From the NCBI GenBank assembly GCA_964016885.1, contig OZ024750.1:4092001-4156000 (forward strand): DNA of 64,000 bases. The letters are read 5' to 3'. Source of the stretch: Eledone cirrhosa. Its lineage: Eukaryota. Positions 1-13,016 of this stretch are shown here, piece after piece. The translations under genes were made by a program, and so were the position numbers. The notes under the pieces were generated by a model. It made no database searches. It was not told the DNA's origin and saw nothing but the letters and a program-made list of their open reading frames with translations. Every line of letters starts with the position of its first letter. The stretch's first letter is position 1.

Positions 1-57
1 TCACAACATACAAAACTAAATGTGATAATGTAATACAACCTGATAAGATTATCCTAA

Positions 58-254
58 CAGGTTTTCCCAAACGTTTTCAAATGTGGAACCATTTTTGATT
101 CAGAAACTTTTTGGAGAACCCCAAAGTCTAATACTGTAATATGGTTGTAATATAAATATACTTCTCTACTGTTATATGGTTGTAATATAAATATATTCTT
201 TTATTTTTTCCACAGAACCCCAGGGTTCTGTGGAACCTACTTTAGGAACTACTG
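58..254. mobile_element. hAT-like MITE with internal ~40-bp duplication
   Basis: Imperfect TIRs caggttttcccaaa / tttaggaactactg; TSD unclear. Confidence 0.5.
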
Positions 255-1163
255 TTCTAACGAAATAGCCACAATCAATCATATGAAGAGAAGTTCCAAG
301 GAAAAAAAGAAAAACCAGATGTATTTTGTATATTTGAATAAAGACATTTCATTGAGAATTTCTATGTCATGTAATAATTACCAAACTTGAACTTAATGAA
401 ACTATTTAACAGCAGGAATGGTAATGTCTTGGATAGAATTACTTCTCATTGTAGATAGACAATGCACTAAAAAGTAATACACTCTCACACCAAAACAGAC
501 ATATATTTAGAACTACTACTACTACTACTACTACTACTACAACTACTACTACAACAACTACTACTACTACTGTTTGAAAGTAAATGTCTCTGGTTGTTGT
601 GTATTTATGCTTATAAGCAGAAGATTAATAACCGTTCACTGAAATATTAATTAGAATGATTAAAATACAATCTTTACAATAGTCATTTTAGTATGTAGCA
701 GCAAAACTACTATGTAGTGTATTAGTAGATGGTTAAAAAATATAAAAATATAAAAAATATAAAAAACAATAGGATCAGGATTGTGATTTATTCTAAACAC
801 ATCTTATTGATTTCTTATAAAAAAAAGCAAAAACCCAGGACAAATGACAACAGATCAATATGGAGATCAAAGATCAAACACTTCAAATTTATATAATTTT
901 TGTTCAAAATTTGAGAAAATAATTTGAGAAATAAACAAAAAACAAACAAACAACCCCCCACAAAAAAAAACCCAAACCAAAAAACCATGCATACAAACAC
1001 AGGTGTATCAAAAAACATGGAGAAAGTAGACCAACACACAACAATGTTACATATTTACAAATATTAATTTACCATAATTTTAATTTATCGATTTTTTTTT
1101 TTAAATTATGAAAAAAGAAAAAATATAAGTGTGGTGTGGGGGGTTATGAAAAGTTTATTTTAC

Positions 1164-1283
1164 CTTTGCAATGAGTACCATTTCCATGAAATCCAGACTT
1201 ACACTGGCAGATGTATCTTGTTGTGAGATTTACACAAGTTGCATTGACATGACAATTATGGTCTAATGCACAAAAATTGGTTC
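1164..1283 (-). CDS. NELL: NELL-like exon (120 nt, phase 1-1): GTNFCALDHNCHVNATCVNLTTRYICQCKSGFHGNGTHCK, EGF-like domain
   Basis: ttttacag acceptor, G/gtaaaa donor; six cysteines with CxCxxGFxGNGxxC. Confidence 0.94.
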
Positions 1284-1979
1284 CTGTAAAAACAAAAAAT
1301 GGTAAACAGTTAAGATTATTTTTTGAAACATTGTTTATGATATATTCCTTTATACAGGATTATTTTCTCTTTAACCCTTTAGCATTTGCATTACTCCATA
1401 TTTAATATTGTATTTTTGTGGTAAAGGCTTTACCTCACATAATTATCTCAAATAATATTGAACCTATGGGATTTTGATATTATTTATTTTGAGAACAATA
1501 CTTTAACATAAGTATGAGCAGCCGGTTATGGCCGATTTGAACAGAAAGAGGTGAGAGAATTCTGGCCGGATACAGCCGGTTTAAATATATAGTATAATTA
1601 CTCCAAGAGCAGTAATAGGTGGAATAGTAACCAATGACATAACTCCAAACACTACAGAGTGTCATCTATACACATTTTCCTTATTTTGACGGTAAGGTGT
1701 GACATAGAGGAGATTTTACAGCTATTTCTAGCAACTGTGTCATGAAAGAAAAGTTTTATAATCAAGGGTAATATTCCAACAACTTCGTTATCACTATTTT
1801 TCACATTTAATGTCCCATTTGTATTACTGTAGTACTCTAAAAAAAGAAAACCACTATTTTCTACACTTTCCACAGTGCTTCAACAATCTACAACATTCAC
1901 CGATACACACATATACACAATGTGTACATTGGTTGTAATACTTTATGAGAAATCACACTAAAAGTTTCAAAATACTTAC

Positions 1980-2079
1980 CATTACATATTGGGCAGCATT
2001 CTCCATCAATATATATTCTACTGTTCCCGGAGCAACTTAGTTTAGGGCAAAAAGTATGGTTACAAACTATACTTGCATT
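1980..2079 (-). CDS. NELL: NELL-like exon (100 nt, phase 0-1): NASIVCNHTFCPKLSCSGNSRIYIDGECCPICN, VWC2 C-terminal half
   Basis: atttcag acceptor, G/gtaagt donor; GECCPIC motif. Confidence 0.94.
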
Positions 2080-2129
2080 CTGAAATTGTAAAGTACCAAT
2101 GAAAAACAGACACAAAATATAATTATATA

Positions 2130-2176
<47 letters not shown>

Positions 2177-2225
2177 ACATGAAACAATGTTTCCAATGTT
2201 TTACAAATTTACATATGCCAGAAAT

Positions 2226-2265
<40 letters not shown>

Positions 2266-2689
2266 CTGAATCAGAGGACCCTCTGCTATTCCCCTAGGTT
2301 AAGAATGAAACATTTTGTTGCATCATTAAACCCACACTGTAAATGTGGTGAGTATTAGGAAGAGCAGCCAGCTGTAGAAACTAAGCCAGAAACAGTTCTG
2401 TATGACATGGTCACTTGATCCAACTTGTCTCAAACGGGACAACCTGTCTAACCCATGCTAGTGTGTAACAAAAATGGACGTTAAACAGTGATGATGATGA
2501 TTTCTCTCAAACACATTACATATACACAGATTGTATGTATGTATATGAGGGGTGGGGGTAGTGATGGATGGTCAGACAGATGATGGTGGTGGTGGGGAGG
2601 TTTCTTGTCAGAGACATATTTCAATTCATAATGTTTTGTCTACAAAAGTTTTGACCTTGAACAGTTAATCTGCTACTGTATATGTCAAT

Positions 2690-2887
2690 GGGAGTAGGCT
2701 GAAACATTGATAGGCTGACTGTGAAAGAGTGATGCTAGAGCTGTGAAATCTCTCATACATTAATTTGAACTCTTCTTATTAATATCTGCATTGTTTCTTT
2801 CAGGGGCTATGTTGACATATAAACCTCATTTGGTCATTCCATGAGAGTATCTTTGTCAGCCTATGAACTTTTCAGTTGACCCTTGTA
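2690..2887. mobile_element. mariner-like MITE
   Basis: Ends ggctgaaa..ataggctgac / gtcagcctatgaacttttcagttgacccttgta; pieces also at 2895-2990, 3660-3755, 24313-24395, 53355-53450, 53828-53945. Confidence 0.65.
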
Positions 2888-3070
2888 TATTGTAGTGATG
2901 CTAGAGCTGTGAAATCTTGCATGTATTAATTTCAACTCTTCTTATTAATAACTGCATTGTTTCTTTCCAGGGACTATGTTGAAAAATATTGCCTGTACAT
3001 GTAATCAAAGTGTGTATACAATTTTTTGGGGACACCCTATATGAAAAAATATAAATAAATAGAGACTTAC

Positions 3071-3153
3071 ATCACAGGCACAATAGAAACAGTTTTTTTT
3101 TTGGAATTTTTCTCCAGGGTTATAATATTCATTGCCATCCATGATGCAGCAAT
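3071..3153 (-). CDS. NELL: NELL-like exon (83 nt, phase 1-0): NCCIMDGNEYYNPGEKFQKKNCFYCACD, VWC2 N-terminal half
   Basis: cttggacag acceptor, GAT/gtaagt donor; lies within ORF 3005..3196. Confidence 0.92.
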
Positions 3154-3910
3154 CTGTCCAAGAGAAATGGTAAAATACATATAGAATTATTCTCACTTAC
3201 TCACTCACCCACATACCTACATACACACACCCATAAGTGTATTGCTCCTATCATTTTTGGAGATGCATATATTCACAATTTTCTGACAAAAATGACTAAT
3301 TTTACAGAGTGTACTGGGTGCATTTTGTGTGACACCAGCACAACCATTTTACAGACATGATGAGGTATATTCCATAAAGGCAGCAACAGTAACAATTTAT
3401 AGGCTGTACTATTATGTATATATGTGGAGGTGTGTGGCCTGATAGTAAGGGTGTTGGACTTATGATCATAATGTCGTGGGTTCGATTCCTGGGTTGCGTG
3501 TTGTGTTCTTGAGCAAAACACTTCATTTCACATTGCTCCAGTATACTCAGCTGAAAATGAGTACCAGCAATAGCTGGGGGTTTAACCCTGTGAATGACTG
3601 GTAATCTGTCCAGTGGGGAGTCTTGTACTCTCAGTTGCTTCACTTCATTCCATGGAGATTGCTTCTTTCCAGAGACTATGTTGAAAAATAAACCTCATTT
3701 GGTCATTCCATGAGAGTATCTTCGTCAGCCTATGAACCTTTCAGTTGACCCTCATAGTTTAAAAAAAAAAGAACTTAAAAACACACAACCTCTTGAATGT
3801 AATTGAGAAAAGAAAATAACAACAAAGTGTTAAAAATAATGAATATAATGGAAATCAATAGATCAATAAAGAATTGATTAAAATCAATTTGGTATAGATA
3901 CTAAACTTAC

Positions 3911-4001
3911 TATCGGATTGAGGTTTACAGCAATCGCGATAAACTGGATTCCGGCAATCCACAACTGAGCAATCTCTACGTTTACATACCACAGACGTAT
4001 T
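3911..4001 (-). CDS. NELL: NELL-like exon (91 nt, phase 0-1): NTSVVCKRRDCSVVDCRNPVYRDCCKPQSD, VWC1 C-terminal half
   Basis: ttccattag acceptor, A/gtaagt donor; C-x4-C-x4-C...CC pattern. Confidence 0.9.
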
Positions 4002-4151
4002 CTAATGGAAGAAATAAAAAAAAGTAGAACCTTTGTTAAGTTATGTTCCAAACATCAGCTTAATAATGAGAACGTACACTAAACAATTACCGATTTCTCA
4101 AACTCCCCGCTTATAAGAATTTAAGCAAATGTCCACTGCCTCACCATTTAG

Positions 4152-4415
4152 TACAGGGTAGACCAAAAGTCATGATACATAGGAAAAATAATTATGTTTT
4201 TTATTAGAAAAGAACATGTGAATAAATAAATGAATATGGAAGCTTAAAAATGTAATAATTTTTCCTATGTATTGTGACATTTGGTCCACCAATAAATATG
4301 GAAGCTTAAAAATGTAATTATTTTCCCTATGTATTGTGACTTTTGGTCACCAATAAATATGGAAGCTTAAAAATGTAATTATTTTCCCTATATATTGTGA
4401 CTTTTGGTCCACCAT
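4152..4415. mobile_element. Tc1/mariner-like MITE with triplicated right end
   Basis: Left tacagggtagaccaaaagtca..atacataggaaaa; three ~62-bp units each ending cctatgtattgtgacttttggtccacc. Confidence 0.6.
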
Positions 4416-4491
4416 ATATAATGCAACAATTGGCAATAAGACAAGAAATCTTTGATTATTACTGAAGAATTTAATGTTATTTTCAACGCAC

Positions 4492-4620
4492 CTTGCATAT
4501 ACAAACTGTACACTTGTTAGGGCTCCACCGCTCCCCCTCTTTCTTCATTGTATCATTATAGATGCAATAACGACAGGGGTATTGTTCCACTTTGGACAAT
4601 CTTTCTTCTGCCTGCAGAAG
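4492..4620 (-). CDS. NELL: NELL-like exon (129 nt, phase 0-0): LLQAEERLSKVEQYPCRYCIYNDTMKKEGERWSPNKCTVCICK, coil end and VWC1 start
   Basis: atttcag acceptor, AAG/gtgcgt donor; GExW..CxxCxC VWC motif. Confidence 0.93.
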
Positions 4621-5260
4621 CTGAAATATTGAAACAAATTCTTCCATTAATCAATAACAGACACACGTATGTAATAACATGTAATAACATCCATATTGGC
4701 ATATAAACATGTTTACAGAATAAAGAAATTGAATAAAATTACTGACATAACTGGCATACTAGCATTTTGTTGTTGCATTTCCATTATTATATAATTTCCT
4801 CTTATTATAGAATATACAGAATGTAATTGTGAACAAAAAACAAAAATGGATACAATATAAATAGTAAAAAAACATAAAAGAAAAAAAATGGAAAAAATAT
4901 TTCCATGTTTACATTGAATATATTGAAAATGTAATTTTTTTTAACAATCTTAGCTTCATAATATATTTATTTCATTTCCTTTAAAACTATTTCTTTTCGA
5001 ATCTATTCAACAATATCTAACGTTGCTTTGTAAAATATTGCATCATTCCAGTTTACTGCACCCTTAATCAGTTTAGAGATAGCTTCCAAGGTTGGGAGAC
5101 ATTTTATATGAAGTTAGTTTTATTTACACTACATATAGGTAGTGCTGCATCTTTTCAATTTACTGCACCCTTAATCAGTTTAGGGATAGGTTCCAAGGTT
5201 GGGAGATAGTTTATATAAAGTTAAAGAACAAATCTAAACATTTTTAAAAAGCTAACTTAC

Positions 5261-5343
5261 TTTTATATTTAAATCTTGGATATCACTCTGCATTTTTTCA
5301 TACATTTTCTGCAAATGTTGATGCTGTGCACATGTCGGGCAAC
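5261..5343 (-). CDS. NELL: NELL-like exon (83 nt, phase 1-0): SCPTCAQHQHLQKMYEKMQSDIQDLNIK, CxxC plus coiled coil
   Basis: ccttttcag acceptor, AAA/gtaagt donor; CPTC followed by heptad pattern. Confidence 0.93.
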
Positions 5344-5439
5344 CTGAAAAGGGACACAAAAGGAACATCATAACTTTCATCATCATCCCATAGTGAACAT
5401 CATAATTATCATCATAGTGTCAGGGATATCATAATTATC

Positions 5440-5918
5440 ATCATGGGCAACTGTATGATGCCTATGTGTGAAGTGTGATGCTGCATGGTAGTGAAACATG
5501 GGCTGTGACTGCAGAAGACATGCATAGATTGGAGAGAAATGAAGCAGCCATGCTCCATGGGATGTGCGTCCAATATAAATGTGAGAGACAGAGCTTGGAT
5601 GAACTGGAGGAGAAACCGGGCTTAAGAAGAATCCGAGGTGGTGTGCAGAAGAGAAGACTGTCTTGTGATGCTCATGGATGATGATTGATGGATAAAGAAA
5701 TGCCAGGAAATGGCTGTGAAAGGAAGCCATAGTAGAGGTAGACCAAGAAAGAGCTAGAGAGAAGAGGAGGTGAGAGATGACCCCAGATTGCTGAGACTCT
5801 CAGAGGAGATGAAGAAGAAAGATGGCAAATGGAGAAATGCTGTGCTGAGAAGGTCTCATCCAATCCATGCAAGCATGGAACAAAGGACGTAAAATGATGA
5901 TGAAATGATGATGATGAT
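5440..5918 (+). mobile_element. RTE-clade LINE 3' fragment (degenerate RT C-terminus)
   Basis: MLHGSETWAVTAEDMHRLERNEAAML.. peptide, RGRPRK remnant, (ATG)n tail. Confidence 0.85.
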
Positions 5919-6194
5919 ATGTACCTGCCCAAAGCTACCTCGTTATACCACTCATTTTAAAGGTTTCTTAGATATTTCAAATCTCACCAAAGCCAACTGT
6001 ACCTGACATCTTTATAGAGTTAACAGAACATAATACTAGCATTGGAGTTGATTTATTGACTTTTGCTACTTTGGTAAAAATTCTGATTAATATTTAAGTA
6101 ATGGGGTCGATTTAATCGACTTTCCCTTCCCTCAAATGACTGGCATTGAGCCACTGCTAGAAAGAATTATTAATATTATTATTATTAATAATAG

Positions 6195-6410
6195 GGCAGT
6201 GGATTGGCAGTATCAGTAGAGGGTTGGACATCATGCTTTGCAGCATAGAGTTATGACTCTTTATGATCTGAGTTCAAATCCCGCCGAGGTTAACTTTGCC
6301 TTTCATCCTTACGGGGTCGATAAAATAAAGTACCAGTCATGCACTGGGGTCGATTTAATCGACTTTCCCCTCCCCAAGAATTGCTGGCCTTGTGCCTAAA
6401 TAAGAAACTA
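6195..6410 (+). mobile_element. tRNA-derived SINE family 1 (representative of about 20 full or partial copies in the window)
   Basis: A box tggcagtatcggtagag, B box gagttcaaatcc, body actttgcctttcatccttacggggtcgataaaataaagtaccag, (ATT)n tail. Other copies near 6565-, 8355+, 9686-, 15280+, 15612-, 17285-, 17872+, 20898+, 29358+, 29567+, 39222-, 40760-, 43849+, 56057-, 56408-, 61853+, 62392+. Confidence 0.88.
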
Positions 6411-7274
6411 TTATTTATAATGATAATATGCTGCTGGATTGGTAATATCAGTAGAGAGTCAGACAACATGCTTTATGGCATAAAGTTACGTCCCTTTATA
6501 TTCTGAGTTCTAATCCTGCCAAGGTTAGTTTTGCGTTTCATCCTTACGGGGTCAATAAAATAATGGTTTCCGATTTAGGCACAAGGCCAAACATTTTTTG
6601 TGGAAGGGGAAAGTTGATTCAATCGACCCTAGTGTATTACTGGTACTTTATTTTATCGACCCTCTAAGGATGAATGGGTTTTGAACTCAAACAGCATGCC
6701 GCAAAGCATGTTATTTGATGCTCTACCGATTCTACCAATCCACTGAATAATGATTTCTGATTTTGGGATAAAGCCAACAATTTTTGGAAGAGGAAAGTTT
6801 TGTAGCTTGGAAAAAGAAAAAACATAGCCTAATGGTTAAGTCAGTGGATTTATGATCATGATGTCATGGGTTTTATTCCTGGACTGGGTTGTGTGGCCTA
6901 GTGGTAAGAGTGTTGGACTTAGGATCATGATGTCATGGGTTTGATTCCTGGACTGGGTTGTGTGTTGTGTTCTTGAGCAAAATACTTTATTTCACGTTGC
7001 TCCAGTACATTCAGCTGAGAAGGGTACCAGCAGTAGCTGGGGAGTTAAACCTATGATAGACCAGCGTCCTATCCAGGGAGAGTCTTGTACTCTTAGTCAC
7101 TTAATGCCAAGGCAACCAGGGATAAGTACCGGCCTAATAAACCTTTGGTTTAGAACAGACTTTAACTTAACTAAAAAAGAAATGTGAAGACTAGAAAAAC
7201 TAGGAATAAAAACTAGATTGTTAGATTCAGTTTGCTGGGAGTTTATTTCCGTTCTATAACGCTTATCACTACAA

Positions 7275-7497
7275 TGGTGATGATGATGATAATAATGAAT
7301 TGATGATGATGATGACATTAGTGATGATGACAATGATGGTGATATTGATGATGTTGATGATGAAAATGATGATTATAATGATGATGACAACACTAATGAT
7401 GATGATATTGACAATAGTGATGATGACAATGATGATGATATTGACAATAGTGATGATGACAATGATATTGATGGAGATCATGATAATGATAATAATG
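7275..7497. repeat. Degenerate (ATG)n microsatellite
   Basis: Directly visible. Confidence 0.9.
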
Positions 7498-8549
7498 AAA
7501 AAAAGAAAACAGACCAAAAAATCCAAAACCCTCCCAAAACAAACAAACAAACAAACTAAATAGAGAATGGCATCAAATTAGAATTCTCTCAATTCCTGAA
7601 AGAGAAGGCAGACACAGGATAAATAATATATAAATAATGAATAAAAGAAAAGAAAAAAAAACAGAAAAAAACCCAGAAAAAATACAGGAAAAAAATAAAC
7701 AGAAAAGAAAACCAGAAAAAAAAAAATTTTTTTTTTTTTTGCAATGAAATTAAGGAAGTGAAGAGATACTGTATAAAATGGCAGTAAAGTATTAAGGTAT
7801 ATTAGTAGCTCTTCAAACATGCCACTGAGGAATTTGGAAATCTGGTGTTTTGGCACATCTGATACCATATTGATATCAATACTACAGCAATGCCCAAAGG
7901 AAGTTAACAAACCAATAACAACAACAAACACACAACAAAAAAAGTGAAAAACAAACAAACAAACAATAATATTAATAAAGAAATAAAAACAACCAATAGA
8001 ATGATAGACAGGTATATAACTTATGTTCTTCAAGCTAACAAGGCAACCTTTATGTAGTTGTCTGCTAGAAATAGCAGCTAAATCTACATCAAATGACACC
8101 ATCCCTTTCTCCTCCTATCATCTCCTAGGTTTGTATGTATGGCCCTATATGTATGGACCTATATGTAGCTCCTGATGCAGGACTAGCTATCTATCCAGGG
8201 GAGAGTTTCAGACTCTCAGTCACTTAACACCAATGAAACCCGGATAAGTTCTGGTCAGATGAGCCAATTGGCTTTGCACAGATTAACTAACTACAAGTCG
8301 TAGTTTTCTGGCCATTCTCACAATTGTCATAGCTGACCACGGTGAAGTGACATTATCGGTAGAGGGTTGGGCACCATGCTTCTAGCATAGTTATGTCCCT
8401 TTACAGTCTGAGTTCAAATCCCGTTGAGGTTAACTTTGCCTTTCATCCTTACAGGGTCGATAAAATAAAGTACCAGTAATGTACTAGGTAATTGCTGGCC
8501 TTGTGCCGAAAGTAGAAACAATTATATATGTATGTATGGACCTGTAGTG

Positions 8550-8838
8550 GAAGTATGTGGCCTAGTGGTAAGGCTGCTGTTGAACTTAGGATAATAATGT
8601 TATGAGTTTGATTTTCATGGACTGGGTTGTGTGTTGTGTTTTTGAGCAAAACACTACCTTTCATGTTGCTCCAATATATTCAGCTGAAAATGAGTACCAG
8701 CAATATCTGGGGGTTTAACCCTGTGATGGACTGGTGTCATGTCCAGGTGAAGTCTTGTACTCCCAGTTGCTTAATGCTACAGAAGCTGGCATAAGCACTG
8801 GTCTGATGAGTCTCCTGGCATGAGACAGACTTTAGACT
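8550..8838 (+). mobile_element. tRNA-derived CORE-type SINE family 2 (representative)
   Basis: tggcctagtggtaag A box, degenerate B box, gtgttcttgagcaaaacact..tgctccagt..tcagctgaaaatgagtacc resembles the CORE domain, (agactt)n tail. Others near 3425+, 6890+, 12145+, 12613-, 13602-, 13910+, 54235+. Confidence 0.75.
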
Positions 8839-10889
8839 TTTCTTTAAACCAGCGATAACTGGCTACTCATACTGATGTTAAGATATTGTTCTCAAAATAA
8901 ATATCAAAATATCAAAATGTTATAGATTCGATATTACATGAGGTAAAGCCTTTACCATGAAAATACAATAGTAAATATAGAGTAATGTAAATGCTAAAGG
9001 GTTAATAAATTAATTACTAACAAAACAATACAATTGATTGCACTAATTAAATCTTTTGTCCTTGAAACACTGGCATTGAATTTAGCAGTAGTTTAGCTCA
9101 ATATTTTTTATATTATAATTAATACCAATACATTAATTAATATCAATTGTATATTAAAAACAACTATTATTAAAAACAGAATAAAATTTTTTTTTTAATC
9201 TAGATTTTTATTTACAATATTATAATTTCTTCTGGCTATAACTTTTACCAGTGCACACTACTGCCACCAAAACCACTACCAACCCCCAAACTACCACCAC
9301 TACCAACTCCAAAACCACCACCACCACTACCAACCCCCAAACCACCACCACCACCAACCCCCAAACCACCACCATCACCACTACCAACCCCCCAAACTAC
9401 CCACCATCACCACTACCAACCCCCCAAACTACCCACCACCACCACCACCACTACCAACCCCCAAACTACCACCCACCACTACTACCAACACTGAAACCAC
9501 CACCATTGTGGCTGCCCCTCCTTGTCCTTCCTACCCACCCCACCCACCTCAATCACTCATCTTTATCCCCACTCCCACCCTATGCAGTACAATCTCTACA
9601 ATCACCAACATCACACCTCATTACAGGGATAACAACAACAACAACAGCAACAATAACATTTCCTCTTTGTTACAGTAATAATAACTATTTCTACTTTTGG
9701 CACAAGGCCAGTAATTACCCCAGTGTATTACTGGTACTTTATTTTATCAACCCTGTAAGGATGAAAGGCAAAGTTAACCTCGACAGGATTTGACCAATCC
9801 ACCGCCCTACAGTAATAATAATGAGGACCAACCAATTATACAACCTCACCTATCACTACCCCCCTCTCACTATCTTCATACCACCTCACCTATCACTACC
9901 CCCCACCACACCTCTCCTCACTCCACCATCCTCTCACAGCAAATAGAAAAAAAACTACCATCATCACATTGAAATGTGATATTAATAGCCTTCTTACATG
10001 TAGTGTGACTAATCCTTATTAAATAAACACTTAAATTAGATTTATGGCTTAATTAGTTGCTGCAACAAAAATAATTAAAAAAACACCAAACAAAATATCA
10101 TTAATTAGCAGTGAATGATGTCAAGGAACCTATTGTAGAAGATAGCGGGCTGCATGAAATTGCACTCACCAACAGTATTTCAGCTGTGTAAAATCTTCTG
10201 ACTTATCCATGCAAGAACCTAGTGGAGACTAAGCTTTAATTAGTGACCTAAACCAAAGCGCAAACCTGTAAGTAGATTGATTAAAAATCCTACTTACTTG
10301 GCATTAGTTTACCTGATTAGTAGTGACTGCTCACCGACAATATCATCACTAAGTACTAAACAGCACAGCATGCTATGGAGTGTGGTCGGCTAACATTGAA
10401 AACAATAAAACTATGTAAATTTGTAACCTGCTCTAGATGAGCAGTGGTGCCTCTTTTATGGAAGACAAAACAAGAAGTTAATCTCTTGGCTATCCTTCCT
10501 AGAATGGAGTGTGGTGTGGTTCCAGTTGGTTTAATTCTAGTTAATTGTGAATGAGATTTCATTCACTTTACTTAACAGATTGTTAGTAAAATAAAAAACA
10601 AGAAATTAAAAAGTAATTCCAAGACAAGTCAATGAGAAAGCCTCTACATGGTCACTTAGCCTGCTAGAAATAGCAACTAAATACCCTATATATATATATA
10701 TAAATAGATGTAAGTATATATGTGTGTATATATCCTTCAAATCACAATCTACCATTTTAAAAATAAGGAAGAATATATTGGATTATGAATGAGGTTCTAG
10801 ATGCATTATGTCTGAAAATAAGGAAAGCATGGACATTCCTGAAATGCTTTTATTTGTAACGTCTGCTCAAATCTGGGCTGATATGGTGT

Positions 10890-11116
10890 TCAACAACAAC
10901 ATCAACTATAACAACAACAATACCACCAACACCACCGAAAAGAACAACAACACCAACAATAACAACAACACCAACACCACCACCAACAACACTACCACCA
11001 CCACCACCAACAACAACACCAACACCACCACCACCAACAATAACGACAACACCACCACCACCACCAACAACAACAACACATCCACCACCACCACCACCAA
11101 CAACAACACATCCACC

Positions 11117-11157
<41 letters not shown>

Positions 11158-11165
11158 CAACAACT
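10890..11165. repeat. (CAA/CAC)n compound microsatellite
   Basis: Directly visible. Confidence 0.9.
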
Positions 11166-11233
11166 TGAATGTTCAAATGTTGCTGTCGTTGACTTTTTAA
11201 TATTTGCTTATATCAAAGTTGATGAAATTAATA

Positions 11234-11276
<43 letters not shown>

Positions 11277-11295
11277 AAAATCAATGAACTCTTAC

Positions 11296-11368
11296 TTGTT
11301 TCTTGATGTGGACACTGTATGAGATAGCCATGTGACTTCGTTACAATTTTAACATCTTGCAAAGCCCC
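11296..11368 (-). CDS. NELL: NELL-like exon (73 nt, phase 0-1): GALQDVKIVTKSHGYLIQCPHQET
   Basis: tttttttcag acceptor, A/gtaaga donor; end of TSPN domain. Confidence 0.93.
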
Positions 11369-12018
11369 CTGAAAAAAAAACAGAAATGAAAAAAATTAAA
11401 TGAAATGGAAAAATGAGGAACAGAAATATTTTTAAAGAGAATTAAATTACAAATCAAGAATACACTTCTTGGTAATACTCCCAGGATTTCTCTTGAATAT
11501 CTGCCGCAGTGTCCTTGGAGAAATCTTACTTGATAGAGTAGTTCAGAGATGAGAAAAAGGGAAGTAGGTGTAAAAGCCAAACTCGCTATCTTCAATTCAG
11601 TAGTTATGCCAATCCTTACCTATGATCATGAATCTTGGATAATGACCGAAAGAATACGATCGCGAAAAGAAGATTCTCCAAACTTGTTCTGATAGATTTA
11701 ATCTGTTATGTAGTTTAACATCATTATCTGACAATTTGAAATGTAGTCCTCCCAACACAAATGATTATAGTAATCTCTTCAAATTTTTGATTATTTTCAA
11801 AATTATTTTCAAAATTATTTTCCATGGCTGGAACAGGTAAAAGAGTAAAAGAGTAATGTCTTCCATCAGAAATACGGTAATGGGAAGGTTTTTAACATGC
11901 TAAAAGATTCATGCTAACATGAGGGAAAAATATTTTACAAATATTTTTCCCTCATGTCTCTCTATATATATATCTATATATATATATATATCTATATACA
12001 TATCTCTATATACATATA

Positions 12019-12061
<43 letters not shown>

Positions 12062-12985
12062 CTATATATATCTATATATATATATATACATAGCTATATA
12101 TCTATATATATATACATATCTCTCTCTATATATATAATATACACGTGAAGGTGCATGGCTTAGTGGTTAGAGCATTGGGCTTGCAATCGAAAGGTTGTGA
12201 GTTCAATTCTCGGACCGGGTGATGTGTTGTTTCTTTGAGCAAGACACTTTATTTCACGTTGCTCCAGTTTACTCAGCTGTAGAAATGAGATGAAGAGGTT
12301 CCAGCCCGCCCAGCCAGTGGGATGACGTTATCTTATGGCTAAAACAGCATGACGTGCTGTGACCAGCGACGCCGAATGGACGCCCGACAGACCGGTCAAG
12401 GTGATCACGGTGATATAATACACAGATAAATTTATTCTAGAAGATTTATGATAGAAATGGATTTTGGGAAATAGAGGTACTCTAAAGTCTGGAAAGTTAA
12501 GGTTGGAAAAGAGAGAGAAGATTTAAGCACACACACTGCCACCAACCTGAAAAGTAGGGAATACTCTATTATGCACCCCCTCCTCATTTGATCGCTACCC
12601 AAGGTAAGGTAGTCTAAGTCTAAAGTCTGTCTCAAGCCAAGGGGCTTGTCAGGTCAGTGCTTATCCTGGTTTCTGTGGTGTGAAGTGACTGAGAGTACAA
12701 GACTCCCCCCTGGACAGGACAACAGCCCTTCACAGGGTTAAATCCCCAGCTATTGCTGCTGATACTCATTTTCAGCTAAGTATACTGAAGAAGTATAAAA
12801 TAAAGTATTTTGTTCAAGGAAACAACACTACCCAGTCTACTAAATTGCACAACTGAAAACCATGGTAGAAGACATTTACCATTGGTTGCTGTACATTCAC
12901 TTCCCTGACATTTGTACATTATTCTTTGTACTATACATGCACCTTTGATGAGTTGTAGTGCACCTGAGCACTGTACACAATAATT

Positions 12986-13016
<31 letters not shown>

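Noticed and set aside
1-1163. Next NELL exon (expected DIDEC-type calcium-binding EGF)
   Set aside because: No such frame with splice sites found; the gene presumably continues beyond the left edge.
8780-8838. CTGATGAG in the CORE-SINE tail (also CTGATGAA at 14131) as a hammerhead core
   Set aside because: No correctly placed GAAA, stem III and NUH site; fits an ordinary SINE 3' stem-loop.
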